In this document: in pieces, positions 9,776 to 17,504 of the stretch
How the letters are laid out: the number at the start of each line of letters is the position of its first letter
Numbering within the stretch: position 1 is the first letter of the stretch
Notes under the pieces: model-generated
Told to the model about the DNA's origin: nothing
What the model saw: the letters and a program-made list of their open reading frames with translations, nothing else
Databases searched by the model: none
DNA from: an uncultured Bacillales bacterium
GTDB taxonomy: Bacteria > Bacillota_I > Bacilli_A > RF39 > UBA660
Assembly: GCA_946539445.1 (NCBI GenBank)
Contig: CAMNHK010000005.1
Location: 1,025-65,024 of the forward strand
Length of the DNA: 64,000 bases
Direction of reading: 5' to 3'
Translations under genes and position numbers: made by a program

Positions 9776-11980
9776 TTATTCTTCGGAACTTTCTTCTTTT
9801 TCTTCTACTTTTTCTTCTTTTTCTTTCTTTTCTTTCTTCTTAGGAGCTGGTAGAGCATCTTTTCTTGAGAAGTTTTGTCTACCTTTTTTGTCAGTACCTA
9901 GTGCTTTTACTATAATTTCATCTCCTACAGAAACGACGTCTCCCGCTTTTTCTACTCTTTCATGAGCAAGTTGAGATACGTGAACTAATCCTTCACATCC
10001 TGGCCATAATTGTACGAAGCATCCGAAGTCTTCTACTTTTACTACTTTTGCTTCATAAATCTTACCAACTTCTACTTCTCTTACGATTTCTTCAATCATA
10101 GCACGTGTACGATCAATGATTTCTTGGTTAGAGTGATAAATGATAACTCTTCCATCATCTTCTAATTCTACTTTAACGGCATTAATATTGGTTACTTCCG
10201 TTACGTTAGAAGCTTCACAAATAATCTTTGTGATCGTTTCTCCACCTTTACCAATAACGTCCTTGATCTTAGCAGGATTAATTTGGAAAGTAACCATCTT
10301 AGGAGCATATTTTGATACTTCTTTACGTGGTTCTTTAATTTGTTTTGCAATTACATTTAAGATTTCCATACGAGCCTTTTTTGCTTGAGCTAACGCTTCT
10401 TTTAAAATTTGTTCCGTAATTCCACTAATCTTAATATCCATTTGTAGAGCGGTAATTCCGTTAGCCGTTCCAGCTACTTTGAAATCCATATCTCCTAAAT
10501 GGTCTTCCATTCCTTGGATATCCGTTAGAATTGTATAATCTTTTCCATGAGTAATTAGACCCATAGCAATTCCGGCAACGGGAGCTTTAATTGGAACTCC
10601 GGCAGCCATTAGAGACATACATCCAGCACAAATACTTGCTTGAGAACTTGATCCATTTGATTCTAGAATTTCCGATACAACTCTTATGGTATATGGGAAT
10701 TCTTCTTCACTTGGAATTACTTGAGCAAGAGCTTTTTCTCCTAAAGCACCGTGACCAATTTCACGTCTTCCTGGTGCTCCATATCTTCCGGTTTCTCCTA
10801 CTGAAAATTGTGGGAAGTTATAGTGAAGCATAAATCTCTTTTGATCTTCCATACTTAATCCATCAATGATTTGATGTTCGTTTAAGGCTCCTAATGTAGT
10901 AATGGATAATGCTTGTGTTTCTCCACGAGTAAATAAAGCAGACCCATGAGTTCTTGGTAATAAATCAATGTCCGTTGATAATGGTCGAATTTCATCCATC
11001 TTACGTCCATCCGAACGAATTCCTTCTTTTACTACAATACTTCTGAATAATTCATATTCGATGTCTGATACAACCATTCCAACTTTTACAAGAAGTTCTT
11101 TTAGTTCTTCTTCTTTCATGGTATCTTCATTTTCTTTGGTGAATAATTCATTCATTTCTTCTTTGATTTCATCAATTGCAGCATATTTCTTTAGCTTATC
11201 TTTGATACGAAGAGCTTTATCCATTTTTTTCGTAATTAATTTTTCGATTCTTTCTCTTAGTTCTGGTTCTGGAGTTAGAGTTTCATATTCCATTTTCTCC
11301 TCACCAATTTCTTTGATGATTTTCTCTTCGAATTTGATTAATTCTTTTACAGCTTTGTGTCCAAACATTAAAGCTTCTAGCATTACTTCTTCTGATACTT
11401 GTTTGGCACTAGACTCTACCATGTTAATAGCGTCTTTGGTTCCAGCAACGGTTAATTCTAATTCAGATACTTCTAATTCTTCTGGGGTTGGGTTAATAAT
11501 AAACTTACCATCTACTCTACCAACTTTTACTCCAGCGATAGGTCCATTAAATGGAATCTTAGAAATAGATACTGCTAGAGAAGAAGCAAGCATTGCGGTT
11601 AATTCTGGAGAACAATCTTGATCTACTGATAAAACCGTAGAAATGATTTGAACTTCATTTTTAAATCCTTCTGGGAATAATGGTCTCATTGGGCGATCAA
11701 TCATACGAGCCGCAAGAGTTGCTGCATCACTTGGACGTCCTTCTCTTTTGATAAAGCCACCTGGAATTTTTCCAACAGAATATAGTTTTTCTTGATAATT
11801 AACTGTTAATGGAAAGAAATCCGATAACAAGTTCACATTTTTAGAAACAACAGCGGCTGTTAAAATAACGGTATCATTATATCGTACTAAGACAGCTCCA
11901 TCTGCTTGTTTGGCTAATTCTCCATGTTCTACAATTATTTTTCGACCATGAAAGTCTAATTCGAATGTTTTCTTTTTCAT
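9776..11980 (-). CDS. pnp: Polyribonucleotide nucleotidyltransferase (PNPase) with Lys/Glu-rich C-terminal tail
   Basis: Two RNase PH domains, KH and S1 domains ([20 protein letters not shown]). Follows rpsO. Confidence 0.95.
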   Translation of the reverse strand: MKKKTFELDFHGRKIIVEHGELAKQADGAVLVRYNDTVILTAAVVSKNVNLLSDFFPLTVNYQEKLYSVGKIPGGFIKREGRPSDAATLAARMIDRPMRPLFPEGFKNEVQIISTVLSVDQDCSPELTAMLASSLAVSISKIPFNGPIAGVKVGRVDGKFIINPTPEELEVSELELTVAGTKDAINMVESSAKQVSEEVMLEALMFGHKAVKELIKFEEKIIKEIGEEKMEYETLTPEPELRERIEKLITKKMDKALRIKDKLKKYAAIDEIKEEMNELFTKENEDTMKEEELKELLVKVGMVVSDIEYELFRSIVVKEGIRSDGRKMDEIRPLSTDIDLLPRTHGSALFTRGETQALSITTLGALNEHQIIDGLSMEDQKRFMLHYNFPQFSVGETGRYGAPGRREIGHGALGEKALAQVIPSEEEFPYTIRVVSEILESNGSSSQASICAGCMSLMAAGVPIKAPVAGIAMGLITHGKDYTILTDIQGMEDHLGDMDFKVAGTANGITALQMDIKISGITEQILKEALAQAKKARMEILNVIAKQIKEPRKEVSKYAPKMVTFQINPAKIKDVIGKGGETITKIICEASNVTEVTNINAVKVELEDDGRVIIYHSNQEIIDRTRAMIEEIVREVEVGKIYEAKVVKVEDFGCFVQLWPGCEGLVHVSQLAHERVEKAGDVVSVGDEIIVKALGTDKKGRQNFSRKDALPAPKKKEKKEKEEKVEEKEESSEE

Positions 11981-11995
11981 TTTTACCTCTCAATT

Positions 11996-12028
11996 CTAAA
12001 AAAAATAGACACTGAAAAAACGTGTCTA
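11996..12028 (-). terminator. Rho-independent terminator/attenuator between rpsO and pnp
   Basis: Minus strand: TAGACAC-9 nt-GTGTCTA hairpin overlapping the rpsO stop, followed by a T-run. Confidence 0.6.
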
Positions 12029-12295
12029 CTTTCTTAATCCTAATTTTTTAATTACTTCACGATAACTTTGGATATCTTTCTTAGCTAGATATTGTAACAT
12101 ATTTCTACGTTGTCCAACTTTCTTAAGAAGTCCTCTACGTGAATGATAATCGTGAGTGTGTACTTTTAAATGTTCTGTTAAATCGTTGATTTCTTTTGTT
12201 AGAATAGCGATTTGTACTTCTGCAGAACCAGTATCTTTTTCACTCTTGGCAAATTCTTTAATTAATGTTTGTTTTTCTTCTTTTGTTAATGCCAT
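12026..12295 (-). CDS. rpsO: 30S ribosomal protein S15
   Basis: 89 aa. [11 protein letters not shown]...[16 protein letters not shown]. Confidence 0.95.
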   Translation of the reverse strand: MALTKEEKQTLIKEFAKSEKDTGSAEVQIAILTKEINDLTEHLKVHTHDYHSRRGLLKKVGQRRNMLQYLAKKDIQSYREVIKKLGLRK

Positions 12296-12423
12296 GACTC
12301 AACACTTCCTTTCTTGTAGATTCGCCTAAACCCGGGGTAAGTCGGAAATTCTTACTCTGAGAAAAGGTATTCCGAATTTCTCGGAATCAAATGTATTATA
12401 CTATAATCCTTTTTATTATGCAA
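12296..12423 (-). promoter_or_regulatory. rpsO promoter plus structured 5' leader (possible S15 autoregulatory element)
   Basis: Minus strand: TTGCAT (12423..12418), 17 nt, TATAAT (12400..12395). The ~90-nt leader contains the hairpin ATTCCGA-GAAA-TTCGGAAT and a G/C-rich segment (CCCCGGG). Confidence 0.5.
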
Positions 12424-12433
12424 GTTTTTTCTT

Positions 12434-13276
12434 TTACTCTATTGTGATTTCACTTAATCCATAACTACCATCACTTTGTTTTTTAAATACAAACTTCGTA
12501 ATTGGTAATTGATCTTTTATACGGTTATATACAGGACTATAATCTCTTCCATTATCTAATATTTCCTCTTCGGAAATATCGGTTACTTTGTTACTATCAT
12601 CAAATGGATAGGCTTTGTAAGCATTTGTTTGTGGTCCACAAGTTCCTCCACAATAGCCTGTATATAGTATTTGTGTATTTAAGGTAATGGTATCTTTGGT
12701 AGCTTCTTGATCTAGGTAAAATATATGAAGATTCGCTATTCCTATGCCATCATGCCCATGTCGTCCAGTAAAGGAATACTCATCTGTTTCGGCATTATAC
12801 TGATAAAGAATTCCATCATTTTTTACGAAACAATTAATATCTTCTAATTGGTAGTGAAAATCCTTTCCAAATAGACTTTCAATATAATCTGAAACGTCTT
12901 TTCCAAAGAACTTTCCGTTCGTACTTTTTACTCTTTGTGAAGCAAATAATAAAACATCTTGATTGGTAAGTTCTGCTGTTTTTATTGGCAAGTGTCTGGC
13001 ATGTAATCCTACTAATAAATCTAATTTTTCTATTAGGGAATCACTTACTTCTATCGTATCATTATTTTGTTCTTCCCCCTCTTTTTCTGTTATTTCTTCT
13101 TTTTCCGAAACTTCTTCTTGTTGTTTTGTATTGTCTTCTGGATGATTTGTGTCAATTAATTTGTCATAGGCAATATAGCCAATTAATAAAGCAATAATCA
13201 CACATAGAATTATTACTAGAACCGAATTCCCCTTCTTTTCTTTTTTTGTTTCTTCTATTCTTTCTTTTTCTTCCAT
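12434..13276 (-). CDS. Membrane-anchored hypothetical protein
   Basis: Acidic N-terminus, one TM helix (VLVIILCVIIALLIGYIAY), and an extracytoplasmic domain with CGGTCGP. No family recognised. Confidence 0.4.
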   Translation of the reverse strand: MEEKERIEETKKEKKGNSVLVIILCVIIALLIGYIAYDKLIDTNHPEDNTKQQEEVSEKEEITEKEGEEQNNDTIEVSDSLIEKLDLLVGLHARHLPIKTAELTNQDVLLFASQRVKSTNGKFFGKDVSDYIESLFGKDFHYQLEDINCFVKNDGILYQYNAETDEYSFTGRHGHDGIGIANLHIFYLDQEATKDTITLNTQILYTGYCGGTCGPQTNAYKAYPFDDSNKVTDISEEEILDNGRDYSPVYNRIKDQLPITKFVFKKQSDGSYGLSEITIE

Positions 13277-13368
13277 TTCTATTCCTCCATCTTTTTCATC
13301 CTATCACTTTTAAAGGGAATGGTCTATCTTTTTCTTTTTATTTATGATATCTTTAAGTTGGTGATAGT

Positions 13369-14070
13369 ATGAAATCTTTAAAAAAAATACCGAGACAAAC
13401 AAAAATGATTATACGAGGGGTTCTTGTTTTCTTACTTTTTTGGTTTAGTTCCCTATTTCAGTATATTCCTATTTCTTTTTTTCATTGGGATACGAAAACC
13501 TTAACTCCTCAACAAATTGTTTTATTATCTGTGTTTTCTAGTTTAATCATTACTTTTATTTTATTCTTTGTTTATCGAAGGGAATTAAAAAAGGAATTTC
13601 TTATTTATAAAAAGAATTTCGCTGAAAACTTTGATATCGGTTTTAAGTATTGGATGATTGGTTTTCTTATTATGATGGTTTCCAATGCTATTTTAGTTTT
13701 TCTTTTGAAAGCAGGAAGTGCTGGTAATCAACAAATTGTTCAAAAGATGGTCGATGCTCTTCCTTGGCTTATGTTAATTGATACCGCTATTATTGCTCCT
13801 TTTAATGAAGAAATTGTTTTCCGTAAAACTATTAAAGATGCTGTCTCTTCTAAATGGTTATTTGTTGCGATATCCTTTGTTTTATTTGGAGGAGCTCATG
13901 TGATTAGTACGGCATCTAGTTTTTTAGATTACCTTTACATTATTCCTTATGGAGCCTTAGGTGGTGCTTTTGCTCTTGCCTATTGGGATACGGATAGCGT
14001 ATTCACTTCTATGGTTATGCATATGATTCATAATTCTGTTTTAACCATTGGTATGATTTTTTTCTTATAA
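13369..14070 (+). CDS. CPBP (CAAX/Abi) family intramembrane metalloprotease
   Basis: Polytopic. Motif 1 NEEIVFRK, motif FGGAH, motif HMIHN. Confidence 0.8.
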   Translation: MKSLKKIPRQTKMIIRGVLVFLLFWFSSLFQYIPISFFHWDTKTLTPQQIVLLSVFSSLIITFILFFVYRRELKKEFLIYKKNFAENFDIGFKYWMIGFLIMMVSNAILVFLLKAGSAGNQQIVQKMVDALPWLMLIDTAIIAPFNEEIVFRKTIKDAVSSKWLFVAISFVLFGGAHVISTASSFLDYLYIIPYGALGGAFALAYWDTDSVFTSMVMHMIHNSVLTIGMIFFL

Positions 14071-14095
14071 GATACTGTCTAGTATCTTTTTTTTT
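14070..14095 (+). terminator. Rho-independent terminator after the CPBP gene
   Basis: AGATACT-GTCT-AGTATCT hairpin followed by T9. Confidence 0.65.
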
Positions 14096-14127
14096 GTAAA
14101 GTTTTTTGAAAAACATTGTAAATCTAT

Positions 14128-14156
14128 TTGCCTAGTTTTACATCCTATGATATATT
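14128..14156 (+). promoter_or_regulatory. Candidate sigma-A promoter of the family A1/B1 operon
   Basis: TTGCCT (14128..14133), 17 nt, TATATT (14151..14156). Overlaps the 10-nt CCTATGATAT motif also found upstream of the WXG100 genes. Confidence 0.4.
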
Positions 14157-14215
14157 GAATACAAGATAGGTGGAAATTTTTATTCCACTCTTTTGTGGAA
14201 AGGAGATGTAAAGAA

Positions 14216-14944
14216 ATGGATTTAACTTCTAAATTTACATTGAATACTAGTAATTATACGAACACTTTAAAAATGAATGATGTTATCAGTGGAAATGTTC
14301 CTCATACTGAAAATGTTTTGTATGTTCCAGGAATTGATAAAGCCGCTTTTATGGCAGCTTTAAAGGCATTAAAAGAAAATGTTTCTGCTACTGTAGAAAC
14401 AACAGATGAAATGATTCATACCATTGATAATGGTCTTGCAGAAACGAATTCGAATCGTTTTTATCGAAATGGCGATGCGGTAAAACAAGTAACCAATATG
14501 AATACTTTATCAAGCGATATGAAAGGTTTGATGGAATTATTCGGACAAATCAGTGAGGACCGTATTGCTGCTGCCATTGATTCTTATAATTCTTCTTTAG
14601 GAGCATTAAAGAGAACTACTAGAAAAGAACTATTAGAAGATGCTGCACAAGAAGCAAATGGACAAAAATGTAAAAAGACTGAAACATCTCGTGCATTTTA
14701 TCCAAATGATGGAGCTAACCATTCATACTATAATGAAGAAAAAAATGGGACTACTAAGGTTGTAACGAAACGTTATAAATCTGGCGTTGTTAGTTCCGAT
14801 GGAAAAATTGAATATATTACCAAAGTAGAAACATATACATGGATTCAATGTAGTGATAATGTATCAATTACAGAACATCGTTTCCGTGAAGTTGGCATTG
14901 ATTTGCCATATAGTCCTAGTAAAATTGTGGATATTGATTTATAG
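14216..14944 (+). CDS. Uncharacterised protein, family A copy 1 (paralog of 16740..17462), WXG100-locus associated
   Basis: RBS GGAAAGGAG lies 10 nt before the ATG at 14216; the track GTG at 14195 is probably spurious. Shares VLY-x-P-x-IDK, NSNRFYR, YN-x-x-L-x-x-LKR-x-TRK-x-L-x-x-AAQ-x-x-NG and a C-terminal LPY...IVD with copy 2. Confidence 0.7.
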   Translation: MDLTSKFTLNTSNYTNTLKMNDVISGNVPHTENVLYVPGIDKAAFMAALKALKENVSATVETTDEMIHTIDNGLAETNSNRFYRNGDAVKQVTNMNTLSSDMKGLMELFGQISEDRIAAAIDSYNSSLGALKRTTRKELLEDAAQEANGQKCKKTETSRAFYPNDGANHSYYNEEKNGTTKVVTKRYKSGVVSSDGKIEYITKVETYTWIQCSDNVSITEHRFREVGIDLPYSPSKIVDIDL

Positions 14945-14955
14945 GAGGCGTATTT

Positions 14956-15849
14956 ATGAGTGAACTAAAAAAATATGATGATAATTTCTTATCAGAATCT
15001 ATTTCTAATTCTTCTACCATAGGAAGTAATGCAGATTCTATTTCGAGTGATATTCAACATTTCTTACATTCTGTTGATCCAAGGGTTTTGGGCTATTTTG
15101 ATGCAGATGTTACTACTAAACTTAATCAATACTCTACTACTATGGAAAACGATTCCGATAATATGCAGCATTTTGGGCAATGGTTAAATGATACTTATGA
15201 TGATTATGTTCAAACGGTTACTAAGGTAAAGGAAATTGCTAATTCTATGGACTTTAATAAAGTGGATAGTACTATTAATGGAGTTCATGGAACGGAAGGA
15301 AAACCAAAAGAAGAGGAAGAAAAGAAAGAGGAAGAAGAAGTACTAGTTCTTACTCCAGAGGAAGAGGAAGAAAGAAAAAGAAAAGGCCTTATTGGAAGAA
15401 GAGGTTCCGATGGTGGAGAACAAAATGCATTTGCTGAAGGCGGAAATGGTTCAATCGGTGGACTACAAAACAATGCCGCTTCCATTTCTCGTGGTAGTGG
15501 AAATAATACAGGAAGCTATGCAAGTTTAGTTGGACTTGGAGTTGCCAGTGTATTAGAAGGTGTTGGAGCTTTAGTAGAAGAAGCCAAAGAAAAGAAGGAA
15601 GCTCAAGAAAGAATGGCTGATGAAACACTAGTAGAGGAAGAAAAGAAATCTTCTAATGATAAAGATGACAGCAAAGAGAAAGAGGAGAAAAATGATAATG
15701 TTCTTCTAGGTATGGGAATTGGTCTTGCTGCGGCAGCTGCTGCCGGTAAATTCGTTTTATCCGATGATGATAAGGATGAAGATGAAGAAAAAGCAATTCA
15801 AAAATATATGCCACAAGATTTTTCTAACTCCGATGAAAACAAAGCGTAA
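14956..15849 (+). CDS. Uncharacterised protein, family B copy 1 (paralog of 17505..19076): helical N-domain, KE-rich linkers, two Gly/Ala-zipper helices, acidic tail
   Basis: RBS TAGGAGG before the ATG. N-terminus is homologous to B2 (SI-x-NS...D-x-RVL-x-Y...DNM-x-x-FG-x-WL). Hydrophobic G/A segments YASLVGLGVASVLEGVGALV (15517..15576) and VLLGMGIGLAAAAAAGKFVL (15697..15759), then SDDDKDEDEE.... Confidence 0.7.
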   Translation: MSELKKYDDNFLSESISNSSTIGSNADSISSDIQHFLHSVDPRVLGYFDADVTTKLNQYSTTMENDSDNMQHFGQWLNDTYDDYVQTVTKVKEIANSMDFNKVDSTINGVHGTEGKPKEEEEKKEEEEVLVLTPEEEEERKRKGLIGRRGSDGGEQNAFAEGGNGSIGGLQNNAASISRGSGNNTGSYASLVGLGVASVLEGVGALVEEAKEKKEAQERMADETLVEEEKKSSNDKDDSKEKEEKNDNVLLGMGIGLAAAAAAGKFVLSDDDKDEDEEKAIQKYMPQDFSNSDENKA

Positions 15850-15853
15850 AAGA

Positions 15854-15880
15854 AATGTGTAAATCACATTCTTTTTTTTT
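15854..15880 (+). terminator. Rho-independent terminator after family B1 gene
   Basis: AATGTG-TAAAT-CACATT hairpin followed by C+T9. Confidence 0.55.
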
Positions 15881-15894
15881 GTCAAAATTTGACA
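15880..15894. promoter_or_regulatory. Perfect 15-nt palindrome TGTCAAA-A-TTTGACA (candidate operator)
   Basis: Read directly from the sequence, between the B1 terminator and the WXG100 genes. Confidence 0.3.
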
Positions 15895-16005
15895 AAAACT
15901 GTTTTTTTATTTACTCCCCTTTTCTACCTATGATATGATTATATTGTAACAGGGTAAGGTTACTTGCATATGTTATATGTATTATTTGAAAGGTGGTGTA
16001 AAAAT

Positions 16006-16290
16006 ATGGTAAGACAAGATAGTGGTGAATTAAGATCTATCGCTGCTGAAATTGATGAAAAAGGAACTGAATTCTTAAATGCTAAAACTGCAATGTTTGA
16101 TGAGATGGAAGCAAAATTAAAAGCATCTGAGGATACTGGAGCTGCTTGGTATGGTCCTAAAGCTGCAGCTTTCTTAGCTGAATTTAAGGCAAAAGAAGAT
16201 GACTTTACTAACGCTTATAACAATATCGTTCAAATGGCTGAGAACCTAAAAGCTCAAGCTGAAGCTTGGGAAAACTTCGAAAACGTTTAA
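16006..16290 (+). CDS. WXG100 family (ESAT-6/EsxA-like) protein
   Basis: 94 aa from the ATG at 16006 (RBS AAAGGTGG). Helix-turn-helix layout with a central W-Y-G motif (TGAAWYGPKAAAFLAEF). Confidence 0.8.
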   Translation: MVRQDSGELRSIAAEIDEKGTEFLNAKTAMFDEMEAKLKASEDTGAAWYGPKAAAFLAEFKAKEDDFTNAYNNIVQMAENLKAQAEAWENFENV

Positions 16291-16337
16291 TTCTGATATT
16301 ATATCAGTCGTATTTCAATTATAGGAGGTGAATACTT

Positions 16338-16649
16338 ATGGCAGTTCAATCAGGAATGAACTACGGAGAAGTAGATAACTTAGTTAAATTTTTAGATAAT
16401 AAAAAAGAAGAAATTATTGCTGTATTTGAAGAACTTCAAACAAGTACTCCAAGTAGAATCGCAGCTGCTTATGATGGTAATGCAGCAGAAGCTTATAAAC
16501 AAACTTTAGCTGCACAATCTAAAAAAATGAGTGAAACAATCGATACTATGATTGCTTCTTTAAAACAAGAGACTGCACAACAACAAGCTGATTATCAAGC
16601 TCAAGATCAAAGAATGCAAAACTCTATTGAAGCAGCTAGAGGAAATTAG
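16338..16649 (+). CDS. WXG100-like protein with degenerate motif (Y-D-G)
   Basis: 103 aa, RBS TAGGAGGTG. IAAAYDGNAAEAYKQTL and the Q-rich C-helix (QADYQAQDQRMQNSI) parallel firmicute EsxA (IAANWEGQAF...QEQDQQLS). Confidence 0.65.
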   Translation: MAVQSGMNYGEVDNLVKFLDNKKEEIIAVFEELQTSTPSRIAAAYDGNAAEAYKQTLAAQSKKMSETIDTMIASLKQETAQQQADYQAQDQRMQNSIEAARGN

Positions 16650-16658
16650 TTTTTTAAG

Positions 16659-16723
16659 GAATTACGTTTGTAATTTCTTATTAGTGCGGATTAAGTTTTT
16701 TAGTCCCTACTAATAAGAAATTA
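16659..16723 (+). promoter_or_regulatory. Two mutually exclusive RNA hairpins between the WXG100 pair and family A2
   Basis: Hairpin 1: 16659..16666 pairs with 16671..16678 (8 bp, GTTT loop). Hairpin 2: perfect 14-bp stem AATTTCTTATTAGT (16673..16686) with ACTAATAAGAAATT (16710..16723), 23-nt loop. The arms overlap at 16673..16678. Confidence 0.45.
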
Positions 16724-16739
16724 ATAAGGAGGGATTTAA

Positions 16740-17462
16740 ATGGCAGTTGTTGCGGATTCTGGGGTAGCAGGAGGAACTTTATGTACGATGGAGAGTGTTT
16801 TAAACGAAAGTTGCCCTATGGTAGCTGGAGTTTTGTATACTCCTAAAATTGACAAAGGAGCTGTTATTGGTTCTATCAGTACTTTAAAGCAAGATATTGA
16901 TTCAAATCGTTCTTCTGCAGAAGCATTAATATCGGATATTAATGGTGTTTTATCGGCTAGTAATTCTAACCGCTTTTATCGTGGAACTACTGCTACTACT
17001 CAACTTGCTACTTTAGATGATATTACCAATGATATTACTACTTTATTAGGAGTTTTATCCAATATCGATGTTTCTAAAATAGGAAATGCAGTTGATCGAT
17101 ATAATGCCAAACTTGCTAAATTAAAACGAGATACTAGAAAGAAATTAGCTTATGAGGCGGCTCAAGCTATTAATGGAAAAGTTATCAGTTCTGAATATCT
17201 TTCTACTAGTTGTGATTTGTATTGGACTCCTCCTGAACGAATAGAGCATTGCGGTGATAAAATTCATGCTTATCATTATTATAATTATGTTATGACTGAT
17301 AAAAATGATGACTATGCTTTAGCCGATTATAGTTATACAAAAGACTATATTGTTGCTATTCAATATACTAGATTTAGTATACTAGACTTAGAAGCTGCTA
17401 TTACATCTGTCGGTGGTAGTTTGCCTTACAATGTAGGCGCTATCGTTGATTACGAAGAATAA
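16740..17462 (+). CDS. Uncharacterised protein, family A copy 2 (paralog of 14216..14944)
   Basis: RBS AAGGAGGG. Motif sharing as listed for copy 1. Confidence 0.7.
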   Translation: MAVVADSGVAGGTLCTMESVLNESCPMVAGVLYTPKIDKGAVIGSISTLKQDIDSNRSSAEALISDINGVLSASNSNRFYRGTTATTQLATLDDITNDITTLLGVLSNIDVSKIGNAVDRYNAKLAKLKRDTRKKLAYEAAQAINGKVISSEYLSTSCDLYWTPPERIEHCGDKIHAYHYYNYVMTDKNDDYALADYSYTKDYIVAIQYTRFSILDLEAAITSVGGSLPYNVGAIVDYEE

Positions 17463-17504
17463 AGTGATATTATTTTTTAAATAGATAAAAAAGGAGGACT
17501 CCTA

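Noticed and set aside
10968-11621. 217-aa ORF antisense to pnp, plus similar antisense ORFs inside smc (6058..6357, 7426..7885), nusA (25286..25660), infB, polC, valS and the 36443..37333 gene
   Set aside because: All lie opposite strongly supported conserved genes. They translate to Ser/Phe/Leu/Ile-rich low-complexity strings typical of the reverse frame of AT-rich, GAA/AAA-rich coding sequence. They lack ribosome-binding sites.
15300-15400. GAA/AAG/GAG-rich tracts (also 9790..9850, 18850..18900, 25440..25520) as tandem DNA repeats
   Set aside because: They are in-frame Lys/Glu low-complexity coding segments without a fixed repeat unit, not satellite or CRISPR-like repeats.
15285-15628. Two minus-strand ORFs (66 and 79 aa) inside the family B1 gene
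   Set aside because: They are antisense to the KE-rich region of B1. The B1 frame is supported by paralogy with B2 and by a strong RBS, whereas the antisense frames are low-complexity.
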